A DNA stretch of 64,000 bases, from NCBI GenBank assembly GCA_963758915.1, contig CAVWXH010000016.1, positions 1 through 64,000 on the forward strand. The letters are read 5' to 3'. The notes below the pieces were generated by a model, which did no database searches, was not told the DNA's origin, and saw only the letters and a program-made list of their open reading frames with translations. Of this stretch, positions 1-13,299 are shown in pieces. How positions within the stretch are numbered: the stretch's first letter is position 1; the number at the start of each line of letters is the position of its first letter. This DNA is from an uncultured Methanomicrobiales archaeon (lineage in GTDB: Archaea; Halobacteriota; Methanomicrobia; Methanomicrobiales; Methanospirillaceae). The position numbers and the translations under genes are program-made.

Positions 1-669
1 CTCCCGTAGCGGGGCCGCATCGGCGAGCGCCGCGAGCTGCAGGGTGAGACGGTTGTCCAGGGCGCGCAAGGCGCCCTCGATGGCTGCTCTGTTGAGCCCC
101 GCACCTTGGCCGGCGATGGCCGCGGCGAGGTTGTCCACCAGCCCCGTCGCAACGGTCGCGGGCGTGTCAACGACCTCGACCATCCCGAGGAGGGAGTCCA
201 CCGGCGAGCTGCCAGGCCGGGTGGGTGCCGCGGCGGGGTGAGAACCGAGCCTGTCGCGGACCGCGGCGCCGAGGTCGCTGTCGCCGCAGGCGGCGAGGAC
301 GCTCTGGGAAAGCTCGGCCGCGGCGGTTGTTCCATCTCGAGCCGCAACCAGCGCCGCGCGGACCCTGGCCACGGTCTGGAGCAGGGGATGAGCTCGAGCC
401 AGAGTGTCGACGTGGAAGTCGGCGAGGGTGCGGAAGCCCAGGGAGCAGGCCAGCTCCTGCGGGCCGACTCCCAGCCGATTGGGGATGCGCAGGGCCAGGC
501 TCGGAGCGAGCTGGATCAGGTGGTCCGCAAGGTTGTCCGCCGCGACCTGGCGGGGAACCTCCGGCTGGCCGGCTGCCAGGTCGGCGAGGACGAGCACGCG
601 CAGCGTCGGGGCAGGGCGCGATCCAGGAGACGTCGCGGTGGCCGCAGTGGGATCAGTGACGGAGCTCAT
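1..669 (-). CDS. T6SS contractile sheath protein, apparent TssB-like N-terminal domain fused to the start of a TssC-like domain (runs off the window edge)
   Basis: Manual translation from ATG 669 (AGGAGG RBS upstream): MSSVTDP..LRVLVLADL..LAPSLALRIPNRLG..LGFRTLADFHVDTL (TssB motifs), a linker, then ..IEGALRALDNRLTLQLAALADAAPLRE (resembles the TssC N-terminal helix). Not in the ORF track because it has no stop in the window. Confidence 0.65.
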   Translation of the reverse strand, partial: MSSVTDPTAATATSPGSRPAPTLRVLVLADLAAGQPEVPRQVAADNLADHLIQLAPSLALRIPNRLGVGPQELACSLGFRTLADFHVDTLARAHPLLQTVARVRAALVAARDGTTAAAELSQSVLAACGDSDLGAAVRDRLGSHPAAAPTRPGSSPVDSLLGMVEVVDTPATVATGLVDNLAAAIAGQGAGLNRAAIEGALRALDNRLTLQLAALADAAPLRE

Positions 670-862
670 GGGCACCTCCTACTCAGCACGTTGCTCTCAG
701 TCCATCATAGCCAATCCTGGTACGGAGAGGGTACAGGGACACTCGGGGGCGGCGCGGGCGGCCGGCTGGCATCTGCGTTGACGCTCTCCCGGCTCAGAGC
801 GTGTGAAGAAATCGCGAGAGAGCGATTGGTCGGGCCGTGAAGGCCCTCACGGCGTCAACCTC

Positions 863-1023
863 GACGTGGACGTGGTCGTGGTCGTGGACGTGGACCCGGT
901 CCCTTGCGTCGGGACGTTGTGAGGCAAACAGTAGTCCCACGAGGTGCTTCGGTGACGGCCTTGCGGTGAACGTCAGGCTCGCAGCACTTCCGTCCACGTC
1001 CACGTCCACCTCCACGTCCACGT
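863..1023. repeat. Two inverted arrays of a hexamer repeat, (GACGTG/GTCGTG)x5 and (GTCCAC)x5
   Basis: 863-895 gacgtggacgtggtcgtggtcgtggacgtggac; 992-1023 gtccacgtccacgtccacctccacgtccacgt; the two are near reverse complements. Confidence 0.85.
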
Positions 1024-1312
1024 TGCCAGCGGTCACGATCGGCGCCCCGAACGTCCTCGCGCCATTGGTTCACACCCTCTGGGTCCCGGGAGCCTCTCGG
1101 AGCATCCGGACCTTCCCATTTCTCCGACAGGCTCCTATACTCAGTACAAGTTGAACCGAGAATAGCGGAGCGGACTACTGGGTTCTGTGTGGTGCCAATG
1201 ACGGGGTGCAGCAAGGGTCGTCGGAGCGCCGACCTCGGCGTGGGGGAAGCCGGCAGGCTTCCGGATCGCCCGGCCTGGCAGGTAGCTCCGGCGAGGCAAA
1301 GGAGAGCCGCCG

Positions 1313-1890
1313 ATGACGCGTGATCGCAGCTTCCAGAAGGAGATCCCGCCCTCGCGGGTCAACATCCGGTACGTCAAGTACACCGGGGGCGCCCAGGAGC
1401 AGGTCGAGCTGCCCCTCAAGCTTCTGCTGCTCGGCGACTACACCGTGCCGGCCGGACGCTACGCCGCTCGAGGAGCGCAAGAAGATCAGCATCAACAAGG
1501 ACAACTTCGAGGCCGTGATGCGCGAGCAGAGGCTCCGCCTGGACATGGTGGTGCCCAACCGCCTCTCCGGGGTGGAAGGCGACGAGATGCGGGTCAACCT
1601 GAGCCTCGAGTCGATGGAGTCGTTCACCCCCGACGACATCGTCCGGCAGATCCCGGAGCTCGCCAAGATGCTGGAGATCCGCGAGCTTCTGACCGACCTC
1701 AAGGCCCGCGTGATCACCAACCAGCGCTTCCGTCTGGCTCTCGAGACGCATCGTCAAGGACCCGAGCCAGGTCGAGGCGATTATGCGGGAGCTCGACCGG
1801 GTCGCACCCCTCCCGGAAGGCGCAAGCAAGCCTCCGGAAGAGTCAAGGATGATCGGCCGCGCCGCGAGCTCGTGGCAGATGAGAGGGTGA
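1313..1890 (+). CDS. tssB: T6SS sheath small subunit TssB/VipA (frameshifted, probably sequencing error; end approximate)
   Basis: SRVNIRY..VELPLKLLLLGDYT plus PLEERKKISINKDNFEAVM..VPNRL..FTPDDIVRQIPELAKMLEIRELLTDLK, split over ORFs 1313 and 1320. Confidence 0.93.
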
Positions 1891-1894
1891 GATC

Positions 1895-3392
1895 ATGGAG
1901 AAAGTACGATCTGCCGTTCAGCCGCAAGTCACGACCGTCGAGGACAGGGGAGTGCTCGACGACCTCTTCGAGCATGGTGGACATGGCCACCACCGGAAGC
2001 CGGTGAGGCAGCCACGCCGGCGGGCAAGCCTGTCCAGGCGCTCTCAACATGCTGATCCCTCGGTGGCACTCGGGGCGCGAGGTCGAGCACGTCGACAAGG
2101 CCCTGGTGGACAGCCTCATCGCCGAGCTGGATCGGAAGATCTCGGCGCAGGTCAACGAGATGCTCCACCACGAGGAGTTCCAGACGCTCGAGTCGGCGTG
2201 GCGCGGACTGAAGTTCCTCGTCGACCGCACCGACTTCCGCCGCAATGTGCGCGATCGAAGTCCTCAACGTCTCCAAGGACGACCTCCGGTCCGACTTCGA
2301 GGACGTCCCGGAGCCGATCCAGTCGGGGCTGTTCCAGCACATCTACGTGCAGGAGTACGACCAGCCCGGCGGCGAGCCGATCGGCGCCATCATCGGCAAC
2401 TACGAGTTCACCAACCACCCGCAGGACATCGCCCTGCTCGGCAACATGTCGAAGATCGCCGCCGGCCTGCCACGCGCCGTTCATCGGCGCGGTCGGGCTC
2501 GGAGTTCTTCGGCCTGCACGTCGGTCGACGAGATGCCGCGCCTGCCCGACGTGGCACCGATCTTCGACCAGACCGAGTACGCCAAGTGGCGCGCCTTCCG
2601 CGACACCGAGGACTCGCGCTACGTCGGGCTGACCTTCCCGCGCTTCCTGCTGCGCCTGCCCTACGGCACGGAGACCGTTCCGACCCGGACGTTCCACTTC
2701 GAGGAGGAGGTCGCCGGCAGCCACGGCAACTACCTGTGGGGCAACGCCAGCTTCGCCTTCGCCGCCACCATGGCGCGCTAGCTTCGCCGACCACGGCTGG
2801 TGCGTGAACATCCGCGGCCCCCAGTCCGGCGGGCTGGTCGAGGACCTGCCGCTGCACTTCTACGAGGCGTCGGGCGAGACCACGGTCGAAGATCCCCACC
2901 GAGGTGCTGATCTCCGACCGACGCGAGTTCGAGCTCGCCGAGCTGGGCTTCATCCCGCTGTCGTTCTACAAGAACAAGGACTTCGCCTGCTTCTTCTCGG
3001 CCAACTCGTCGCAGAAGCCGAAGAAGTACCTCGATGCCGACGCCACAGCCAACAGCCGGCTCTCGGCCCGTCTGCCCTACCTGTTCCTGGTCAGCCGTCT
3101 GGCCCACTACCTCAAGGTCATCCAGCGCGAGAACATCGGCGCTGCCAAGGAGCGGGACGACCTGCAGAAGGAGCTCGAGGTCTGGATCAAGACCCTGGTC
3201 ACCGACATGAAGGACCCGGGGCCCGAGCTCAAGGCGCGCTGCCCGCTGTCGGCGGCCCGCATCGCGGTCACCGACATCGCCGACAACCCGGGCTTCTACA
3301 ACGTCGAGATGATGGTACGGCCCCACTTCCAGATCGAGGGAGTGGACGTCAGCCTGTCGCTGGTGTCGCGCCTCCCCAGGGCCAAGAAGTAG
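1895..3392 (+). CDS. tssC: T6SS sheath large subunit TssC/VipB (frameshifted)
   Basis: LIAELDRKISAQVNEMLHHEEFQTLESAWRGLKFLV; EYDQPGGEP; PRFLLRLPYG; YLWGNASFA; SRLAHYLKVIQRENIG; RPHFQIEG. Confidence 0.95.
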
Positions 3393-3492
3393 ACGAAAGG
3401 GAGGTAGGCACAGGAATCTGGGCGAATCGTGGAGCGACGGCGCGACAGACTCGGGGTGTTGCAGCGGACGGTGAGTCAAGGGAGGACATGAC

Positions 3493-3965
3493 ATGCCGCT
3501 ACCAGCGTACTTGGAGATTGGTGAGATTCCCGGGTCCTGCAAGGTCTCGGGACGGGAGAACAACATGGAGATCCTCGGCTTCCGGCACGAGGTCTACATG
3601 CCGATGGACCGCAAGGACGGTCAGCGCATCGGGCACGCGGGTGCACAAGGACCTGATCGTCATCAAGAACTTCGACAAGGCGTCGCCGAAGCTCTACCAG
3701 TACCTTTGCAACGGCAAGATCATCGGCTCGGCCACTCTGAAGTGGTACGAGATCGACGCCGACGGGCACCGAGAAGATGTACTTCAAGCACAAGCTCGAG
3801 AACTGCCGCATCACGGCGGTTCGCCCGTACATGCCCGATGTCGACAACCCGAACAACGAGAAGTACAAGCACATGGAAGAGGTGTCCTTCCGCTACGAGA
3901 AGATCACCTGGACCTTCTGCGACGGCAACGTCGAGTTCACCGACTCCTGGGTCGAGGGCCGCTAG
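3493..3965 (+). CDS. hcp: Hcp tube protein (frameshifted)
   Basis: MPLPAYLEIGEIPGSCKVSGRE..GTRVHKDLIVIKNFDKASPKLYQYLCNG..HMEEVSFRYEKITWT. Confidence 0.93.
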
Positions 3966-4104
3966 CCCACGCGGTTCCCGAAGGCCGCGGCTTGGGGGGT
4001 GACTCTTCCCTGGCGCCGCGCGACCCGCGGCAGCCGGTCGTTGCAGGTTGTGCCGTCTGGTGCGCGGGAAGGGTCATCGGGAAGCAAGCTGAGCAGGGGC
4101 GAGC

Positions 4105-4538
4105 ATGGCACCTGGGCGCGAGCGGGCCGGGTTCTTCGAGAAGATGCTGGGTCCGTTGCCGGGCACCGCGTCCGGACGACCGCCACGCTGGGTCGGGGAC
4201 CCGGTACGCGACCACCTGATGCTGCTGCTCAACACGAGGCGGGGCTCGGTTCCGCACCTGCCGGACTACGGGCTGCCCGACGTGTCCGACGTTCTACCAG
4301 GATTATCCGGGCTCTCTGGCCGAGCTGCGGCGCCTGGTCGAGCAGCCTCATCAGTACGTACGAGAATCGACTCGTCAACGTGAAAGTGCGCCTTCTGGAA
4401 TCGGACAGACTCGGAGTTCAGGGCCTCATTCCTGATCTCGGGCGACCTCGAGGTCGACGATCAGCCCGTGCGGGTCACTACCGCACCACGATCGCCAACA
4501 ACGGCCGTGCAGCCCTGGAAATGGGCGGCCAGGGCTGA
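4105..4538 (+). CDS. tssE: T6SS baseplate TssE (gp25-like; frameshifted)
   Basis: VRDHLMLLLNTRRGSVPHLPDYGLPD..ISTYENRLVNVKV; lies between hcp and tssF. Confidence 0.88.
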
Positions 4539-4636
4539 GGACATGCGACACTGTCGTCGTCGCGTGTATCGGGTGAGAAGCAGCAGTCGCAGCGGGCAGA
4601 GCGGGTTGAGCCTGCCGGGGGAGTGACCAGAGCACC

Positions 4637-6386
4637 ATGCCGGGTCCTGACCGCTACTACGAGGAGGAGCTCAACTACCTGGTCGAGGCGAGGGCGCGAG
4701 TATGCCAGCCTCCACCCGGAGCGAGCCCGCTTCCTCAACCTCCGCGATCCGCGAGCGAGAGATCCGCACGTCGAGCGCCTCATCGAGTCGTTCGCGTTCC
4801 TCACCGGGCGCGTCCGCCAGCGCCTCGACGACGACTTCCCCGAGCTCACCCACGCGTCTGCTCGACCTCGTCTGGCCGCACTACCTGCGACCGATCCCGT
4901 CGCTGGCCATGCTGGAGTTCCGCCCGATTCCGGGGATGCTGCGCGAGCGACAGATGGTGCCACGGGGGTTCACGGTCGACTCGCGCGCCACGTCGGCGGG
5001 CGTGCGCTGCCGTTTCACGACGTGCCTACCCGGTGGACATCTACCCCCTCCGCTCGACGAGGCGGGGCTGCAGACGGACGATGCCGGGCAGCGGTCGATC
5101 CGCCTCATCCGTGGTCGTCCTCGAGGAGGGGCCGAGCCCGACAAGCTCGATCTCGGACCGCTGCGGCTGTGCATCAGCGGCGAGCCGGCCGAGGCGTTCA
5201 CGACTCTACCGCGTGCTCGCGGCGAGCCCGAAGGAGGTCGTGCTGCGCTTCGGCGCGACCGCCGCCGGGCCCTGACGCCGCCCCGGCGTCAAGCCAGGTC
5301 GGGTTCGGCCTCGACGAGGGCATCCTGCCGTACCCGGCCGTGAGCTTCCCGGGCTACCGCCTGCTCCCGAGTACTTCGTGTTCCCGGAGAAGTTCCTGTT
5401 CGTCGACATTCCGGCGCTCGGCAAGCTCCGAGCTCGAGAAGGGCGACAAGGGCTTCGACCTGGAGGTGCGCTTCCGGCAGCGGCCGCCGGACAAGTTCCG
5501 CCCCACCACGCGAGTACCTTCCGGCTGTTCGCCACGCCGATCGTCAACATGTTCCCGCGCGACGGGCGAGCCGATCCTGGTCACCCACCTCAAGTCCGCG
5601 TACCGGGTGCTCGGCGACTACACCCATCCCGACGCCTACGAGGTGGTCTCGGTGGACGGGTCGAGGGGCTGCGCCGCGCCGACGGGGCACGGCGCAGCAC
5701 AAGCCCTTCTACTCCTTCACCCACGACCTGGGCGACACCGAGACGCTCTACTACCACACCAGCAGCCGCTTCTCGCCGACCGGCGCGTGGGTGACCCACC
5801 TGTCGCTCGTGTCGGCCGACCCGCGGCACGCTGCCCGGCGAGGAGACCCTGTCGTTGGAGCTCACCTGCATCGAACGGCCGGCTGTGCCGCGAGGTCGGC
5901 GAGGGCGACGTGCGGATCCCGGGCCAGCACCGCCTCGACTTCGTCACCTTCTCGCAACTTCACGCGGCCCACCGAGCCGCTGCTACCCGCGCCTCGGCGA
6001 GGGCGCCGAGTGGAGCTTCATCTCGCACATGGCACTGAACTTCCTCTCGATGGCCGAGGCCGGCCGGCTGCAGGAGATCCTGAAGCTCTACGACGTCGGC
6101 TGCGCCGGCCAACCAGCGGCGCATCGAGAGCATCAAGGGCGTCAGCGCGCGGGGGCGCGAGACGCTCTATCGCGGCACCCCGGTGCGCGGCACCGAGCTG
6201 ACGGTGAAGATCGACGAGACGCACTTCGACGACGAGGGCGACCTGCTGCTGTTCTGCCAGGTGCTCTCCGAGTTCCTGTCGCTGTACACGGGCCTGAACT
6301 CCTTCACCGAGCTGGTGGTGCAACGAACCCCGTCGGGTGAGGTGCTGCGGTGCCAGCCGGCCATCGGCAAGCAAGCCCTGATCTGA
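4637..6386 (+). CDS. tssF: T6SS baseplate TssF (frameshifted)
   Basis: RYYEEELNYL; DPHVERLIESFAFLTGR..LDDDFPE; WPHYLRPIPS; FPEKFLFVD; LFATPIVNMF; W.FISHMALNF; LYTGLNSFTEL. Confidence 0.93.
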
Positions 6387-7423
6387 GCCGCGCGGATCGT
6401 CGAGGAGCCATTCCTCTTCGACTTCTTCCAGCTCGTCTACCTCCTGGAGAGGTGGCTGCGCGACCGGCGCACCGTCGGCCGCCTCGGCCCGTACCGCCGA
6501 CGAGGGAGTCCGGCTCCGGCCCGACACCTCGCTGGCCTTCTCCCCGTCCGACGTGCGGCGCGTCGAGACGCCGGGCGAGGACGAGAAGCGGCGCGAGGAG
6601 GAGTGGGCCTACCGCGTGGTCGTCACCTTCATGGGGCTGTACGGGGTGGCCGCCCCGACCCCGACGTACCTCTCGGAGCTCGTCGGCTTCACCGACGTCG
6701 ACGCCGACCCGCTCGTCGACTTCCTCGACCTCTTCAACCACCGCCTGATCTCGCTGTACTACCGGGCCTGGGTGCGGTACCGCTACCCGTACCGCTACGA
6801 GCCCGGCGGCATGGACGAGCTCTCCGGCTACCTGCTGTCGTTCGTCGGCCTCGGCGACCCGGGTCGCGCCGGCTGACCGTCCCTGCCGTCGCAGCGCCTG
6901 CTCGCTACATCGGGCTGCTGTCGATGCGCACGCCACCCGCCGGTGGCCCTGAAGCTCTTCGTCGAGGACTACTTCGGCAGCGTCGGAGGTCGACGTCGAG
7001 GAGCTCGTCTTCCGCTGGGTGCCGATCCCCCCGGAGCGCCAGAACCGGCTCGGCCGCGCCAACGTGCAGCTCGGGGTCGACTGCACCCTGGGCTCGAGGG
7101 TCCCGACCGCTCCGGCAAGATCCGGGTCAGCCTCGGCCCGCTCGGCTACCGGAGCGCTACCTCGAGCTTCCTCCCCGACCAGACAGAGCTACACGGACCT
7201 GTGCGCCCTGGTCAACCTCTGGGTCTTCGAGCGCTTCGAGTACGACTCCGAGCTGGTCCTCAAGCGGGACGAGGTCCCGCCGCTCCGGCTCGACACCGCC
7301 GGGCCGCCGCGCCTCGGCTGGACGAGCTGGCTCACCGCCACCGGCGGGTGCGCCACGGACCAGTCCGTGGTGTTCCGCCAAGAAACCCCGATCCGCCGTG
7401 CAACGCGAACAGGAGCCCACACC

Positions 7424-7427
<4 letters not shown>
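6350..7427 (+). CDS. tssG: T6SS baseplate TssG (frameshifted)
   Basis: [15 protein letters not shown]; TFMGLYG; [18 protein letters not shown]; RLGWTSWL; overlaps the tssF end and the clpV start. Confidence 0.9.
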
Positions 7428-10089
<2,662 letters not shown>

Positions 10090-10101
10090 GGAGGGGCCGA
10101 G

Positions 10102-10865
10102 ATGGCGGACCTCCACCAGGAAAGGGCGACCGCGACTTCTTCGTGGAGGGCATGAAGAAGGCGCTCGGGGGGAGGAGCATCGCGCTCACCAACGGGCAGC
10201 CCTCGGCCGACGACCTGCGGGCGTACTTCAAGACCCTGGCCAATGACCCGTTCGAGTCGTGGAAGCAGTACGACCGGTACGCGACAGGCGTTCTACGTTC
10301 ACATCGACATGCTTCCGGCCACCACGCCGGCCATCAACTGGCGTCCAGGTCAGGGCCAGGTGCCACTGGGCCTGAAGACCTGCGATTCCTGGGACCAGAT
10401 CGTCAGCCGAACCCGCATGGGCGACGGGAGCAACCGGCGCATCATCGACTGCCGCGGCTTCTCGTTCATCGCCGCGGACCTGCTGGGTTCGGCGGACTGG
10501 GAGGTCAAGGGGTACCGGACGTTCTTCGTGCCGCGGCGCCGGGACATCCCCTGGCACGTGGCCGTCGAGGTGCACTGGACGAAGACCCAGGGGATGAACG
10601 ACATGCTGGTGGGCACGCAAGAGGCGTCGAACGGTGGGTATCCAGACGAGAAGAAGAAGGGCTACACCAAGCACTCCGAGGTTATCGGCTCGGTGATCGG
10701 CAACGGGACCCCCGCGTGCCACGCAGGCGCAGGCATTTCAGGCGGCTCTGGACCAGGACCCGCAGCCGGGGTGACCCCAGGCTGGCTGCCGTGGGACCTT
10801 TTCCGGCCCGACAGTCTGCCGGGTCGTTCCCACCCCGCTTCGTGCCCGGATCGAGGTGGGGGTAG
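10102..10865 (+). CDS. Hypothetical protein with transglutaminase/papain-like Cys-His motifs; candidate T6SS effector (frameshifted)
   Basis: GGGAGG RBS and ATG 10102; IIDCRGFSFIAADLL..WHVAVEV; lies between clpV and vgrG. Confidence 0.55.
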
Positions 10866-10924
10866 ACGTCGGGGACGCTCGGGCGACAGATGTGTGACGG
10901 CGTCCGGATCGAGAGGTGGTGAGC

Positions 10925-13299
10925 ATGGCGGAGATACCGGCCAACGTTGCCCAGTACTCCTGCAAGATCGCCGGCAAGACGTTTCAGGTGCTCGAGCTTC
11001 ACGGCTACGAGGAGATCTCGCGAGCTGTTCCGGTTCTCGCTGACCCTGTGGCTCGACGACCCCGAGGTCGACATCGCGCGCATGGTCCGCAAGGACGCCG
11101 AGATCAAGGTCGCCTGGGGCGGCAAGGAGAAGGAGTACCGGCGGCATCGTCGCCGTCTTCTCCCAGACCGCGCGCCGGCAAGCCCGGCCTCGGCGGGGTC
11201 GACGCAGGAGTACGGCGAGTACACGGTCGAGGTCGTGCCCACGCTCGTGGCTGCTCGGCCACAAGACGCAACTGCCGGATCTTCCAGGAGATGACCGCCG
11301 ACCAGATCATCAAGAAGGTGCTCGACGAGCGCGGCATGGCCGGCAAGTACGAGCGCCAAGCTGCGGCGCCTACCCGGAGCGCGAGTACTGCGTGCAGTAC
11401 CGCGAGACCGACCTCGCGTTCATCTCGCCGGCTGATGGAGGAGGAGGGCATCTTCTACTACTTCACCCACGACGGCAAGGAGATGATGGTGCTCGGCGAC
11501 TCGACCGGCCACTACGGCACCTGCGCGCCCGGAGGCCGAGCGTCGAGTACAAGACCGGCGACCGGCGAGCTCGTCGCACCTCCGAGGAGTACCTCTCCGA
11601 GCCTGACCTACGAGGAGAGCGCCTACACCGGCAAGGTCAAGCTACAAGGACTTCGACTACCGCGACCCGACGAAGCCGCTGCAAGGTCGAGCAGACGGCC
11701 GACAAGCACACCGACCTCGAGATCTACGACTACCACCTCGAGCGCTACCGCGACGACGGCCGCGGCCGGGCCCTCGCCAAGGTGCGCGGTCGAGGCGCCG
11801 AGGCCGCGCATGGAGCAAGATCCTGACCGCCTCGGGCAACTGGCGCTCGGCCAGCGCCGGGCTGCAAGTCTGACGCTCTCGCAGGGCCTACCGCGCCGAC
11901 CTCAACGGGGAGTGGGTGGTGGTGTCGGCGAGCCACACGCGCCACCCAGGAGGCCGACACGGGCGTCGAGTACACGCGTGTCGCTCGACGGCGATCCCGC
12001 GCGAGCGACGCGCGTTCCGGCCGCTGCCCGCGCACCCCGCAAGCCGACCCTCAACCCGCAGACCGCCACCGTGGTCGGCCCTCCGGGCGAGAAGATCTAC
12101 ATGGACGAGCTCGGGCGCGCCAAGGTCCAGTTCCACTGGGACCTCGACGGGCACGAGCGACGAGGACAGCTCGTGCTGGATCCGGGTCGCCCAGCCGTAC
12201 GCCGGCATCGACGAGGAGACCCAGAAGAAGCACGGCTTCCAGTGGCACCCCCTGATCGGCGACGAGGTCGTGGTCGACTTCCTCGAGGGCGACCCCGACA
12301 ACCCGCTCATCGTCGGGCAGCGTCTACAACGGCGTCAACACGCCGCTCGTCAAGCCCGAGGAGCTGGTCCGCAGCTGCATCCTGACCCGCTACCAGCACC
12401 GGCTGCTGCTGGACGACAAGAACACGGCCGATCACCCTCAACACCGGCGGCGGCGAGCGGCTCGTTCTGGAGGACGGCCGCGAGACCGCAGCGAGTTCGG
12501 CAACAACATCAAGCTGTCCACGGCCGACGGCCACACGATCCACCTCGCCGAGGGCGTCGGCGCCCGCGGCGTGCGCCTCGAGACGAAGGCCGGCAACACC
12601 GTCGTGCTCGACGACAAGGAGCGCAACATCCGCGCCCGGACCACCGACGGGCACGAGCTCGTCCTCGACGACGCCAACCGCCGCATCCTGATCCGCAGCC
12701 GCGAGCAGCACGTCGATCCAGATCGACGACGCCAACACCATCACGGTGCGGGACAGCTCGTCGTCCCACTCGCTGACCATCGACGCGGCCGGGTCGAGCA
12801 TCAGCCTGCAGACCGCCGGATCGCTGAGTGTGACCGTGGGGACGAACATGACGTTGACTGTCGGAGGGGGCCTGTCGGTCAGCGTGGGTGGCGACCCTCG
12901 CTGACCTACGGGGCGAACCTCAACGAGACGGTCGGCGGGAGCGAGACGCACATGACGGGAGTCAACCTCATCACCCTGATCGGGGGATCCGAGGTTCACA
13001 ATGTGGGCGGCTCCCAGAAGGAGAAGATCGGCGGCAAGCGGCAGACCCAGGTGGCGAGCTCCGACACGACCCTGGTGGGGACCAGCCGTACCCTCAAGGT
13101 GGGCAGCAAGAACACCGAGCAGTCGGGGAGCACCCACAAGATCAAGGCGTCCTCGCTGGATGTCCAGGCCGGGAAGGTGACGGTCAAGGGCACCAAGATC
13201 AAGCTGTCCGCGATGAAGGTGGAGATCACGGGCACCATGATTTCGGTGAAGGCGGCGGGCATCACGACCGTCAAGGGCGCGCTGGTGAAGATCAATTGA
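10925..13299 (+). CDS. vgrG: VgrG/TssI spike protein with a long C-terminal beta-repeat region (frameshifted)
   Basis: RIFQEMT; [24 protein letters not shown]; [22 protein letters not shown]; SSCWIRVAQ; [20 protein letters not shown]; ends ..[11 protein letters not shown]. Confidence 0.93.

Noticed and set aside
766-782. Possible sigma-54 promoter TGGCATCTGCGTTGAC upstream of tssB
   Set aside because: The -12 element is GA rather than the near-invariant GC, and it lies far from the start codon.
794-1214. ORFs with VDVDVD / STSTST / PRPRPR tracts
   Set aside because: These are translations of the hexamer DNA repeats in different frames; there is no other sign of coding.
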